A stretch of DNA of 64,000 nucleotides from a virus (taxonomy: Duplodnaviria > Heunggongvirae > Uroviricota > Caudoviricetes). Shown piece after piece: positions 51,368 through 61,450 of this stretch. The position numbers were made by a program, and so were the translations under genes. The notes under the pieces are model-generated. The model saw only the letters and a list, made by a program, of their open reading frames with translations. It had not been told where the DNA came from and made no database searches. The first letter of the stretch is position 1. Every line of letters starts with the position of its first letter. The stretch is taken from IMG/VR virus record IMGVR_UViG_3300028584_001240. One strand, given 5' to 3'.

Positions 51368-52236
51368 ATTTTTATCATCTCAAAAGTGGTTAAAGAAACT
51401 TTGTAAAGCTCATAAACCTCAAGATCAGTCAACGAGAATATATCATTAAAGTAATCATTTTCTTCCATGAAAGACATCAACTCTGGAATAGGTTGACCAC
51501 CCAACATAATTAAAACACCCAAATGTTCGGAATTAAAGGTTTCAAAGTCTAATACTCTCCTGAAAACAATTTTACTGATGTATTCATAAAAGGTGGTAAA
51601 CAATTTTTTCTTGATTAACTGCTTGAAGTGGTCATAATGGTCATTGATTTCATCAACAGGAATCGAAACAATAACTTGCATTTTATCGGCTGATTTAGGG
51701 GCTTGGAAATAAAAAATACCATCAATAATGTAATAAGAGAATTTCATAAACTCATTATCAACATTGCCATTGCCATAATTAGACATAATGGTGTAAAAGT
51801 TGTACTGACTTTTGTCGTCAATAAAAATGGCGTTATTAAAAATAACTCGATCAACCAAGTGCGGCGTTTCAAATTCATGAGGAAAGGCTAATGTTTTGGG
51901 TCTACGAAAATTAAGAAAGCCTTTCTGGAAAATACGCACTTTATCTGAGTCAAAGTGTAAATGCTCTTTAAATTCAGTATCCGAAGGGATAATATTGAAT
52001 TCAATCAACGCTTCAAAATAAGCAGTCATCATCTTGTGATGAATTTCAGCAGATACCGAATCAATTTTAAACAAAGCGTTTAATTTGTCAGTGACAAGCT
52101 TTCGAATGTAAAGTGGACTGGCACAAACACGATTGTCCATTAATTTAAATTGAACAGATTCTCCCCAGTGCGTAAGGAATTCATCCGCAGCCAGAAAAGA
52201 TTGCCCATATTTTTTGTAGTAATCGTATAGTTGCAT
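51364..52236 (-). CDS. hypothetical protein, C-terminal motif group
   Basis: ends SLTTFEMIKI*; possible internal copy HLGVLIMLGG. Confidence 0.75.
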   Translation of the reverse strand: MQLYDYYKKYGQSFLAADEFLTHWGESVQFKLMDNRVCASPLYIRKLVTDKLNALFKIDSVSAEIHHKMMTAYFEALIEFNIIPSDTEFKEHLHFDSDKVRIFQKGFLNFRRPKTLAFPHEFETPHLVDRVIFNNAIFIDDKSQYNFYTIMSNYGNGNVDNEFMKFSYYIIDGIFYFQAPKSADKMQVIVSIPVDEINDHYDHFKQLIKKKLFTTFYEYISKIVFRRVLDFETFNSEHLGVLIMLGGQPIPELMSFMEENDYFNDIFSLTDLEVYELYKVSLTTFEMIKI

Positions 52237-52291
52237 AGTTAACCTCGCAAAAGATGAAAGATTATAGCATACAACTACTTAATTATCAACA

Positions 52292-52873
52292 TCACTCTTT
52301 TGGATTAGCACCTTCTTTAACAACAAATTGACGATTGCCATTCCATGCATTAGTTTGTGGGTCAATTCTGACCAAAGTGTAAACTTCTGGGAAATCACTG
52401 TCTGACATTTTATCGACTTCAAACGTAGGCTCACTACCGATATCAACATCAAAGTTAATTTTAGTCACTTTAAATCCCGGTTCAACGTTAATAACAGTTG
52501 GCTCATCCATGAAATTACCAAAATTTTGACCATCAAATGTATGTTTTTCACCAAGTTCTTTCAATTCGTTAACACACACCAGACTGTGATGAACCTTGCC
52601 GAAAAATGGCTTTTTAGTGATACACAAGACTTCAAATAAATCTTCTGGATGACGTTCTCTAAATGAAACAACAGTATCTTTCAGCCCCAGAAGGTTCATC
52701 TCAATGGATGTTACTTTTTTCTCTGGGGTAATATCAATGAATTGTGTATCAAGTCCTTGAACATTATAAGCGGGTTTAAAATTATCAGAGGGCATGTCTG
52801 CCATAGCAGTGAATGAAAGTCCGGCTGCAAAGCATAGCAATATACTTTGACGAATTAAAGATGTAGCGTGCAT
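52292..52873 (-). CDS. secreted protein (signal peptide)
   Basis: LSFTAMA-D; CVNELKELGE. Confidence 0.7.
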   Translation of the reverse strand: MHATSLIRQSILLCFAAGLSFTAMADMPSDNFKPAYNVQGLDTQFIDITPEKKVTSIEMNLLGLKDTVVSFRERHPEDLFEVLCITKKPFFGKVHHSLVCVNELKELGEKHTFDGQNFGNFMDEPTVINVEPGFKVTKINFDVDIGSEPTFEVDKMSDSDFPEVYTLVRIDPQTNAWNGNRQFVVKEGANPKE

Positions 52874-52994
52874 GTAAAGGCTCCAATTTATATAATTTTT
52901 ACATCATACCAAAAAAAAATATTATGTAAAGAAAACGCTTGATTGTTATCATCAAAACAGTTATAATGGCAACATATTAAAGAGGAAACACACT

Positions 52995-53039
52995 ATGTTT
53001 TTCAAATACGAATTAAAGGTGATCGAAGACAAATATTAA
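52995..53039 (+). CDS. uORF MFFKYELKVIEDKY
   Basis: SD GAGG, directly downstream of a TTGATT..TATAAT promoter; stop lies in a hairpin that covers the next SD. Confidence 0.5.
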   Translation: MFFKYELKVIEDKY

Positions 53040-53060
53040 ATAAAATTAATAGGAGTCTTT

Positions 53061-53672
53061 ATGAAAACAGAAGTTATTTACCTTATCAACAAGGAAGGTA
53101 TCGTTAATACCTACCAAAATAAGGCAGAAGCATTTAACAAGTTGGGATACAACTTCATTGTCTACTCGTTAGCCGTTGAACTTGCATCTCCTGATCGTGA
53201 CAAAATTTGGGATGGTTACGCTAACCGTCGCTTTGCCAAAAAGAAACACGAAGGGTTGGGACAAACTTACGGCGAGCTTTACAAAAAGCTTAACCGTTAT
53301 GACGAAATGAAAGTATACGGTGATTTCATTCTCAAAAATGAATACAACGAACATCTTACTGTTCTTGACTTTGCTGAGTTTGTTTTCAAAGAAAAGAAAG
53401 AAAAAACTTACATCGGTTACGGGAAAAAGTTTTGGAATGGTGAAGGTGCTGTTCCTTACACTGGGAAACGTGGACGTTATTGCTATCGTAGAAAGCCAAA
53501 AACGCTTTTCTTGCTTAAAGATGCTGCCAGCGAAGTTGATGAAGATGAAATTGAATTCAACGTCAAAAATCGCAGACCAAAAGGTGCTATCACTACGGCA
53601 TGGGATGATAAAGGAAGAAATGACTGGCGTAACAGAAACTGGAAAAGACACCGTAACACACAATACAAATAA
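53061..53672 (+). CDS. basic phage-type protein (WDD...NWKxxRxxQY tail), related to 36398-36982
   Basis: VPYTGKR..RKPKT..TAWDD..RNWKRHRNTQYK*. Confidence 0.75.
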   Translation: MKTEVIYLINKEGIVNTYQNKAEAFNKLGYNFIVYSLAVELASPDRDKIWDGYANRRFAKKKHEGLGQTYGELYKKLNRYDEMKVYGDFILKNEYNEHLTVLDFAEFVFKEKKEKTYIGYGKKFWNGEGAVPYTGKRGRYCYRRKPKTLFLLKDAASEVDEDEIEFNVKNRRPKGAITTAWDDKGRNDWRNRNWKRHRNTQYK

Positions 53673-53725
53673 GCCACAGCAATGTGGCTTTTTTTATACC
53701 TAAATTTATGTAAAAAAAAGGCAAC

Positions 53726-54628
53726 CTAGATGGTTGCCATAGCATAAATATTCATATGTTCATGGGTCAGTTTTTCACCCTCACCCAAAATAGACAATTC
53801 AATTAACTTTTCAGTAAAACCATGTTTAGGGTGATGAATAATCACAGTATCATAAATAAAATTGAAAATAAAGTTAACATCATATTCCTGATGTTCTTTA
53901 AGTAGGTTGATCTCCTTTAAAACGTTTGAATCCTCATAACTAACAGTCTTGTATTGATAAAGCTGCAAATAAGGATCATAGTGTGTCTCAGCGACAAACC
54001 AGTCACCCGCAAAAGAATCAATCACATAACCACCGGCTGACTCATAATGCGTATAGTCCTGCAGGTTAAACTTACCTTTAACAAATTCTTCTTGGTCTGG
54101 ATCGTCATTAAACATCATTGTAAAGTAAACAAGTCCATCACGAACAATGGCTTTATACTTAAAATTATAGACGTTATCTTCAATTTCAATATTGTTTAAA
54201 ACTTGTTGACCATGTTCTTGGACAAAATTAATATGCACTTTATAATATGATACACTTTTCATAAAATGATTAACTTGGTCATTAATAACAGTGCCTAACT
54301 GGATAGCACAATCATTTGAATAATAAGGTTCGAGAAATTCAACATACATTTTCCAACGCTCTTGTTCAATGCCTTCTGGGGTATAGCTAGTATGCTGACT
54401 AATAAAAAGGTGCTTCACATTAAAACTGTTAACCAAGAGATTATCTCTGAAAACAAAAATCCCCATATGGTTGGGATGTTTATTGCTGTCCATCACAACA
54501 ACAGCATTATCAGATTTATTAATCAAATAGTGCAGATCTTCTGATTTACCCAATAATGAACGTTCATTTTCATAGACGATCTGATGTTTGGAATCAATGG
54601 TTGGGTACAATTCTTTTAAATGAGTCAT
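53726..54628 (-). CDS. hypothetical protein, C-terminal motif group; paralog of 54719-55693
   Basis: QEYDVNFIFNFI; ends HMNIYAMATI*. Confidence 0.75.
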   Translation of the reverse strand: MTHLKELYPTIDSKHQIVYENERSLLGKSEDLHYLINKSDNAVVVMDSNKHPNHMGIFVFRDNLLVNSFNVKHLFISQHTSYTPEGIEQERWKMYVEFLEPYYSNDCAIQLGTVINDQVNHFMKSVSYYKVHINFVQEHGQQVLNNIEIEDNVYNFKYKAIVRDGLVYFTMMFNDDPDQEEFVKGKFNLQDYTHYESAGGYVIDSFAGDWFVAETHYDPYLQLYQYKTVSYEDSNVLKEINLLKEHQEYDVNFIFNFIYDTVIIHHPKHGFTEKLIELSILGEGEKLTHEHMNIYAMATI

Positions 54629-54718
54629 TTATTTACCTTAAAGGGTTAAAATTTGGTTAATTATAACATATTTTAATACCACAATCAACGATAAGTTGTT
54701 CATAAAACAACTGCGTTT

Positions 54719-55693
54719 TCAAATAACAGTCATTTCATAGACCTTAACATGTTCAAGTGTAACACATTCGTTTTCACCTAAAATGGAAAGTTCCCTAAGT
54801 CTCTCTATGAAATCTTCTTTTGGATAACACAAAAACTCAGAATCAAAAATAAAATTAAATATAAAATTAACATCATATTCCTGTTCATTTATAGTCTTTT
54901 GCTCAACTGATGTTGTCAAAGTATCACCATCTGATATAGTTCGGTGGCAATAAATACTGTAAGCTTTTATGATAGGATCATAACGTGATTCTATAAATAA
55001 TTTATCTGACTTAAATATGTCAATAATCACATCAGATAGAGACTCATAATGTTCATAATCGGACAGTTGAAAATATTTTTTAACAAAAGATTCTTTAGTG
55101 GGTTTTTCTTTAATTAAATTAGTGAAATAAAGAATATTGTCACGAATAATGGCCCTATAAATAAGCTCATTCTTTTCATCAATAATAATAAGCATTTTTC
55201 CTAAGTCATTAATACACTTAGAGTCTATAATACGAATTTCATAAAGATCAACATATTTCATAAAATGCTTAATTTGCCAACTAATATCAGAATTTAAATG
55301 AGTGTAACAATCATTTTGATAGGCTTTTTTCAAGATGTCTATTTCACGACAATGAATGTTTTCAAGAGATGTGTCATCTTCAAATCGTAATGTTGGGTTT
55401 TCGAGTCGAAAACGTATTTCAGCAGCAGTTAGGCGACTGCGACCTGATCCAGAATTTTCTACTAACTCATTGTAGAGTCGTTTAAATGAATTGTACCTTA
55501 GCGAATCAACAGAAACGAGATCAATAAATGTTCTTGTTTTTTGTGGATGTGATCGTTCGTAAACAATAATTGTCGTATCCAATTTACTGACCAGATAGTA
55601 ATTCTGTCCATTTACGCCAATTCGGCAACTATCATCTTCATAAAATGATTCATTAAGATCTATCTTAGGGTACCATGAAGATAATGTTAGCAT
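54719..55693 (-). CDS. hypothetical protein, C-terminal motif group
   Basis: QEYDVNFIFNFI; ends HVKVYEMTVI*. Confidence 0.75.
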   Translation of the reverse strand: MLTLSSWYPKIDLNESFYEDDSCRIGVNGQNYYLVSKLDTTIIVYERSHPQKTRTFIDLVSVDSLRYNSFKRLYNELVENSGSGRSRLTAAEIRFRLENPTLRFEDDTSLENIHCREIDILKKAYQNDCYTHLNSDISWQIKHFMKYVDLYEIRIIDSKCINDLGKMLIIIDEKNELIYRAIIRDNILYFTNLIKEKPTKESFVKKYFQLSDYEHYESLSDVIIDIFKSDKLFIESRYDPIIKAYSIYCHRTISDGDTLTTSVEQKTINEQEYDVNFIFNFIFDSEFLCYPKEDFIERLRELSILGENECVTLEHVKVYEMTVI

Positions 55694-55757
55694 ACGTTAA
55701 TTCTCCTTCTATAGTTTATGACTTAACAAAAAACCCACCGAAGTGGGTTATTATCAT

Positions 55758-57335
55758 TTAAAGTCCCGCAATTTTTTTCAATGCATTTTCATAATAAACA
55801 ATATTATCTTTACGTTCTATTTCATCATAACCCCAGAAACCATGCTTGAAGCGGTCAACAACCATTGTCAAGTAGACACGAAGCGTCTTACCAGCAATAC
55901 AGACATCACCTTTCTCAATCATGACATCTAATACTTCTGAAATAATAACATCATTCGTCAGTGCAATTGCCACGTTCATATCAGTGTTAGAGAAATCGGC
56001 ATAATCAAATAACGCTTTTCTCACTTGTTTTTTGACAAAATCACTGTTATAGAAGTCTTCATTTGAAATAGCGTTAGCATAACAAATACAGGCTGCATAC
56101 ATTTCATTGAGCTTATCAAATTTCTCTTCAAGCTTACCTAATGAGTAAAGGAAATAGATAAATGCGGCGTTTGCAAGGTAGCTTTCTTTTGTAAAGTCAT
56201 AGTTTGCATGTTCAAGAAGGTATTGAATGTAATTAAATTCACTCTTATCCGTAAACAAAATAGCATCACGCCATACAGTGTTCGCTTCTCCATTATGACC
56301 AACGGCTAAATTTGGAGTATGTTGAACCAACACTTTAAAGCATTCATGTAAATCATTATTCAAGCAATAAGAGTGCATTGAAATACGGTTAATCATAAAA
56401 CTTAAATCAAGCCCATGCGAAATAGCTTCTTCCAGATCAACCGCATTGTCATCCTTAACAATGTTACAGAACAAATCAATCGTTGTGACCAATCTTGGTT
56501 TTGCTACCGAAACACTATCTTGTTCCTTCGTGACCTGAGTTGGTGTAGATGGAGCTACTGGTTTGAAAGCTTCTTCAATCGTATTACCTTCAACAAAATT
56601 AAAAGTGTTCATTACATCTTTAAGCAAGCAACGGTCATCATAACGATCATCACGGTCAAATTCATATTTAAAACCTTGTTTCGCCATCATAGTAACGAAA
56701 TCTTTAATTGAAATAGGATGTTCATAATAGAAACCAAACACACACTCCATTTCTTCGCCAGAATTTTGTGGAAAAAATTGTTGCAACAATGGCTGTAAGT
56801 GTTGGTCATAACCATCATGTTCAATAGGGCTTAGGTAGAGTGTAAATGAACTGAATTTAGCATTAATGTCAAGATTACGATTAGCTCGCATAAGTATACC
56901 AGATTCATCATCGTTAATATCGGTGAATGAATAAGTAAATTGTGAAGGTATTGCAAAGAAACCTTTCGCGGTTACACGAGGTTCATTATAAGTGCTGACA
57001 AAATGGTCAACCAAACCACTAGCCAGTTCAACTTCATCTTTACTAAATGTTTTGACAAAGATATCATGGGTGCCTAATTCAATTTTCGGTGCTGGGGCTG
57101 ACGGTGGTGTTTGTGATGTGCTGGTAGCCGTAGTGGCAGCAGCCTTTTTAAAGAAGCCTAATACACCATTAACTTCAACCAATGAGACATTGCCGACATC
57201 AGGGTTACTAAAATCACGGCACCAATCACCCGCGTCATTTTTATATTTTCGTTCACGCTTCCAAAGAGCACGTTTACTGTGTGGAAATTTTGAGATAAGG
57301 AAATCTTTGCACTCTTCGGTTGAAATATTGGACAT
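55758..57335 (-). CDS. multidomain hypothetical protein with ankyrin-like segment
   Basis: N-terminal WKRERKYK..RDF domain, Thr/Pro linkers, DNAVDLEEAISHGLD..ECFKVLVQH. Confidence 0.65.
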   Translation of the reverse strand: MSNISTEECKDFLISKFPHSKRALWKRERKYKNDAGDWCRDFSNPDVGNVSLVEVNGVLGFFKKAAATTATSTSQTPPSAPAPKIELGTHDIFVKTFSKDEVELASGLVDHFVSTYNEPRVTAKGFFAIPSQFTYSFTDINDDESGILMRANRNLDINAKFSSFTLYLSPIEHDGYDQHLQPLLQQFFPQNSGEEMECVFGFYYEHPISIKDFVTMMAKQGFKYEFDRDDRYDDRCLLKDVMNTFNFVEGNTIEEAFKPVAPSTPTQVTKEQDSVSVAKPRLVTTIDLFCNIVKDDNAVDLEEAISHGLDLSFMINRISMHSYCLNNDLHECFKVLVQHTPNLAVGHNGEANTVWRDAILFTDKSEFNYIQYLLEHANYDFTKESYLANAAFIYFLYSLGKLEEKFDKLNEMYAACICYANAISNEDFYNSDFVKKQVRKALFDYADFSNTDMNVAIALTNDVIISEVLDVMIEKGDVCIAGKTLRVYLTMVVDRFKHGFWGYDEIERKDNIVYYENALKKIAGL

Positions 57336-57492
57336 TGTTTAACTCCTATAAATATTGATAAATAATAGCAAATTTTTAACATTTAGTCAATGCAAAATAT
57401 AAATAAAAAAGAACATTTAAAGCCATGTAATGATTGATTGTAGACTGATTATTTGATATAATAATGTTAATTAAATGACATGGAGATTTTTT

Positions 57493-57834
57493 ATGACTTC
57501 AAATGAAAGTGTTACTATGAGTTTTAAAACTGAATTTAAAAATACACTTGCTCTTATTGCTGTGGCATTATTGATCTTTACATCTATTCTAACTATTAAG
57601 GACTTTATATCGTTTCAAGAGAGAACTTCGGCTCAATACAAGACGCCTTGGTATACCAACAGTTTCATGAAAGAACCTTATACTACCGTGCGTCTATCAC
57701 TGGCTGATAAAACCAATGTTAAAGAATATTGGACGAAGAATGCTATTGGTTCTCAAGACTGGTTTGTGCGTGAAGTGAAAGTTGGTGAGACAACTTTTTG
57801 GACACTCTTGGAACGAAATGAAATCAATCATTAA
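57493..57834 (+). CDS. membrane-anchored small protein
   Basis: One TM helix; SD GGAG. Confidence 0.65.
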   Translation: MTSNESVTMSFKTEFKNTLALIAVALLIFTSILTIKDFISFQERTSAQYKTPWYTNSFMKEPYTTVRLSLADKTNVKEYWTKNAIGSQDWFVREVKVGETTFWTLLERNEINH

Positions 57835-57879
57835 CAAAGAAAACTAAAAAAGGACTTTCGAGTCCTTTTTTTGTGCCTG

Positions 57880-58725
57880 TTACATCTTTACCATCTCATG
57901 TATTTTAACAACATCTTGCATTTCCGTTCTTGTAAATGTTTTCAATTCCGTCACAGTCTCCGGCCCAACACCTGTTAAAGAGAACGCTCGATACAAAATC
58001 TTATACACATGTTGTTCCACATATAATTTAAAACGTTCTTCTGTCACAACCCTCCCATCTTCCATTAAAATAAATGGATTACTTTCATCTAATGAGACAA
58101 AAAAAGAATAGTTAATAACAGACTTATCAGTAAGAGATCGACAAGAACACTGCATTCGCATAACAAATCCAGAGCAGGAATTCTCTCGTTCACCCGCATC
58201 AAAATAACCAATACACCCATTGAACATACTAGGTTCATACAGTAAACTAGGTTCCACAGCATAAGTAACTTTGTTATTATTAAAAATGGTATGATCACCA
58301 TTAATATTAAAAGAGTGACTATGGGATGGATTGTCTGTTCGAGTATAACGAATATAAGCGTCTTGCCAATTTAAACCTGTTAAATTGATGTCTTTAAAAG
58401 GTTTTTTGATAACATAAGCATTAGATGCAACATCAGAGATAGAACACATCACCTGAGTAAAGTAGTCAAAATTGATGCCATAATTACAATGCAACGCCAT
58501 CAAACCACTAAACATATTCTCAACACTTGCACCAGCCATTGCCATTGAATAAAACCCTATTCCTGTGATATCAATAAATCTGATCTCTAATGGCTCATTA
58601 GCGTAAGTCAGCTTTTTCAATAAAGCTTGCGAATAGATATAACCATCATCGTTCTCATCCCCACCGAGATCATCTTTGAGAACTTTTAAAACATCATCTA
58701 ATTTTGATTTTTCGTTCAAATGCAT
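57880..58725 (-). CDS. hypothetical protein, C-terminal motif group
   Basis: ends VVKIHEMVKM*. Confidence 0.75.
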   Translation of the reverse strand: MHLNEKSKLDDVLKVLKDDLGGDENDDGYIYSQALLKKLTYANEPLEIRFIDITGIGFYSMAMAGASVENMFSGLMALHCNYGINFDYFTQVMCSISDVASNAYVIKKPFKDINLTGLNWQDAYIRYTRTDNPSHSHSFNINGDHTIFNNNKVTYAVEPSLLYEPSMFNGCIGYFDAGERENSCSGFVMRMQCSCRSLTDKSVINYSFFVSLDESNPFILMEDGRVVTEERFKLYVEQHVYKILYRAFSLTGVGPETVTELKTFTRTEMQDVVKIHEMVKM

Positions 58726-58769
58726 TTAAAACATCCTATTATTTTTAATGAATGGTTTGATATTCACGG

Positions 58770-59546
58770 TTAAATATCAACCATTGCGGTCAATTGTTTA
58801 AATTCAGCAATTTTACTGAAGATCCCTTTAACATTAGCAGGCGTAATATCTTCATGACTATAATCCAATCCTTTAAGCAAAGGCTCAAGCATTGATTCAA
58901 GAATCTTACATGCCAAGATTCGATGATCTTGGTTACGATCAACCACCACATAATTCGTGCCTTTCATACTGGCTGAGCAAATCAAGTCTGCTCCGATCAC
59001 ATAGAAATGAATGTTTCTATGAATGTGAAATTCATCACGGTATGAATTGAAGTGAACTTTCATATGCTCACACAATCCTTCATCTGGAAACTTGACATAA
59101 TCGTCAATAACATAAAAAGATTCGATATGCGACACTGACGTGTAGTAGTTGAAACAATACTGTTTATGTTGCCATGCATAATGAGCCAGAATAGTATCAG
59201 CAATGTCTTGTTCTGATGGTGTAATACACTCAATCAAGTATGCCACTGTTTTTGCAATATAACGAGCTTGTGAGTCATTAAACTTATTCACAGAAGTAAA
59301 GAGATCATCGAAATTTCGACGTGGACAGGGTTGCGTCCGAGATTTATGAATACGAATACCACGATGAGCCATATCATCAGTATGACTGAGCCAGTATTCT
59401 TTTGAGGTTAAATATTTATGTTTCAAGCAATAGACAATATCGCGTTCAGTATAGTCATCTTCAGGTTCGATATCAATACCTGCAGTAGCTACTGAGCAAA
59501 TTTCTTGTTGGATATAGTCTTTACGTTCAGCTTCTGTCATCGACAT
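58770..59546 (-). CDS. hypothetical protein, C-terminal motif group
   Basis: ends FKQLTAMVDI*. Confidence 0.75.
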   Translation of the reverse strand: MSMTEAERKDYIQQEICSVATAGIDIEPEDDYTERDIVYCLKHKYLTSKEYWLSHTDDMAHRGIRIHKSRTQPCPRRNFDDLFTSVNKFNDSQARYIAKTVAYLIECITPSEQDIADTILAHYAWQHKQYCFNYYTSVSHIESFYVIDDYVKFPDEGLCEHMKVHFNSYRDEFHIHRNIHFYVIGADLICSASMKGTNYVVVDRNQDHRILACKILESMLEPLLKGLDYSHEDITPANVKGIFSKIAEFKQLTAMVDI

Positions 59547-59665
59547 AAAATGTCCTCATAATTAAATATGCCTAATTATATCAAATTTCAACCAAAATGA
59601 CAATCGTTTTAATTGACTAATTTAAAATCAATGTAAAAATAGTGATATTTAAAAAGGAGTTTTTC

Positions 59666-60556
59666 ATGAGCCAAATATTATTAAGGGAAGTCAACAAGTA
59701 CAATAACAGTATTGGGTATTTTAGTAAAAATAAAAAGCTTTCTTATTCATCAACAGATATTTACATTGCTTCAAGTGATAAAAACAAACCAATCATATTA
59801 AACTTTGAGGAATGCCGTTCAGCTACTGCATTGTATGGATGCAACGAAAAAATAAAAACAATATATCTTAACATTATTATGCAAGCTATTGAGACAGATA
59901 TGCCTTTTACCATTGTAAATACGTTATTTAATCCATTAGAACTTGAAGAAGCAATACGCTATAAATTATCGACTACAACTTATAAATATAGTATCTATAG
60001 CATAGATAAAGAAGATCTTGAAAATGAAAATATTAATCTATTAACTAAAGAAGCTTCAATGATTGTCAACTATCATAACTATAACTGTCAAGAACATGAA
60101 AAAGGCTTACTACGAGCATCACTTTCTCGTTCATTTGCCAGTTACTTTCAACCTGTTAATCAAAATGATACTAAAAAAACAAAAATAGCCTATGCTCTTA
60201 TGATTATGGCATGTGATGAATCCGATGTTTTTTTCCATCCACAGTTTATCTCAATGGGACGTAGCATCGGGATATACAACTTTTTTTCTAATAATGAGTT
60301 GGATCTCAGCAAACTAGCTAATTCAAGTGCTTCAATATTATTAAATGATTCACAAAACATTTCTAAATACAAAGATACACTGGATGTTTTCCAATTTAAA
60401 CAAGTGAATGAGATTGACTACAATAAAGAATTAAAAGAACAAATAAAAGAGCAAATGAACACTAACTATAAAAACAAACTTAATGAAAATGAAAGTTATA
60501 TTGTCAGAAATAATTCAGATGTTACACGATTAATAGAAATAAAAAAATTCTATTAA
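59666..60556 (+). CDS. hypothetical protein, possibly a degenerate coupling-protein-like P-loop fold
   Basis: ALYG at a P-loop-like position without GKT; ISMGRSIGIYNFFS recalls the QARSLG segment of DotL/TraD; weak. Confidence 0.5.
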   Translation: MSQILLREVNKYNNSIGYFSKNKKLSYSSTDIYIASSDKNKPIILNFEECRSATALYGCNEKIKTIYLNIIMQAIETDMPFTIVNTLFNPLELEEAIRYKLSTTTYKYSIYSIDKEDLENENINLLTKEASMIVNYHNYNCQEHEKGLLRASLSRSFASYFQPVNQNDTKKTKIAYALMIMACDESDVFFHPQFISMGRSIGIYNFFSNNELDLSKLANSSASILLNDSQNISKYKDTLDVFQFKQVNEIDYNKELKEQIKEQMNTNYKNKLNENESYIVRNNSDVTRLIEIKKFY

Positions 60557-61311
60557 TAACTCAATATCTTAATAAGATCAGTATAGCCATTGTCTATAAT
60601 AGTTTTACGTTTAGCCAATGAGTCAATATCAAACTCTAAATCAGGAATCATTCTTTGTATTTTATAAAATGGAAGAAAGTCACCATAGAGTTTGTAAGTA
60701 AGACTAACTGTTTTATTCTTAATGTTGAACACTGCTTCATATAAATAAAAATCAGGTGTATTATCTGAGTTAGTGACGTAGTATGTCTTTCTACTGTGAT
60801 CATATGATGTATAATGATTAGTAATAATATGCCGCTCAATAAAACCATCAACATATTTAAATATCGTGGCAGGTTCTGCATTGTAAGCATCATCATATTG
60901 ATACAAGAAAGGCATTTTTCCATTACCTAACATTAACTCATTCTGTTGAAATAATTTCATACTCACATAAAAAAAATGATTGTGTTCAGATGTCATTCCA
61001 AAATCTGAGAAAAATAAGGTGACTGTTTTATTGTTTTTTGTTCTAATGTAAGTAAATTTAGGGTCGGCTTGAATGTTAAACTTATTAATAAAATCATTGG
61101 CCGTAGTTGTCTTATGATAGCCATCTACACGAACAAATCCTAATTCAGTTAACAAATATAATTGACTAGCAGCAATCATGAAACTATTTTTTGTTCTCAT
61201 AATATATTTTTCAAGCCGTTTTAGTTCATTTCCTTGCTCAAAACCATCACGAGTAAGGGCTTCCTTATCAGATAAAAAGTATTTTACTTCGCCAATAGTT
61301 TCGTAATCCAT
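60553..61311 (-). CDS. hypothetical protein, C-terminal motif group (variant)
   Basis: ends YTDLIKILSY*. Confidence 0.7.
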   Translation of the reverse strand: MDYETIGEVKYFLSDKEALTRDGFEQGNELKRLEKYIMRTKNSFMIAASQLYLLTELGFVRVDGYHKTTTANDFINKFNIQADPKFTYIRTKNNKTVTLFFSDFGMTSEHNHFFYVSMKLFQQNELMLGNGKMPFLYQYDDAYNAEPATIFKYVDGFIERHIITNHYTSYDHSRKTYYVTNSDNTPDFYLYEAVFNIKNKTVSLTYKLYGDFLPFYKIQRMIPDLEFDIDSLAKRKTIIDNGYTDLIKILSY

Positions 61312-61450
61312 AAGACCTCCTGAATGCTAGATTATAGCATAATTTCATCATTATGATCAACTATTATTATAATAAATATAGAATAATACACTATGTATAT
61401 TTTAATACTATGCTATAATTGAAAAAAGAATATAATGAATTAGGTGCATA

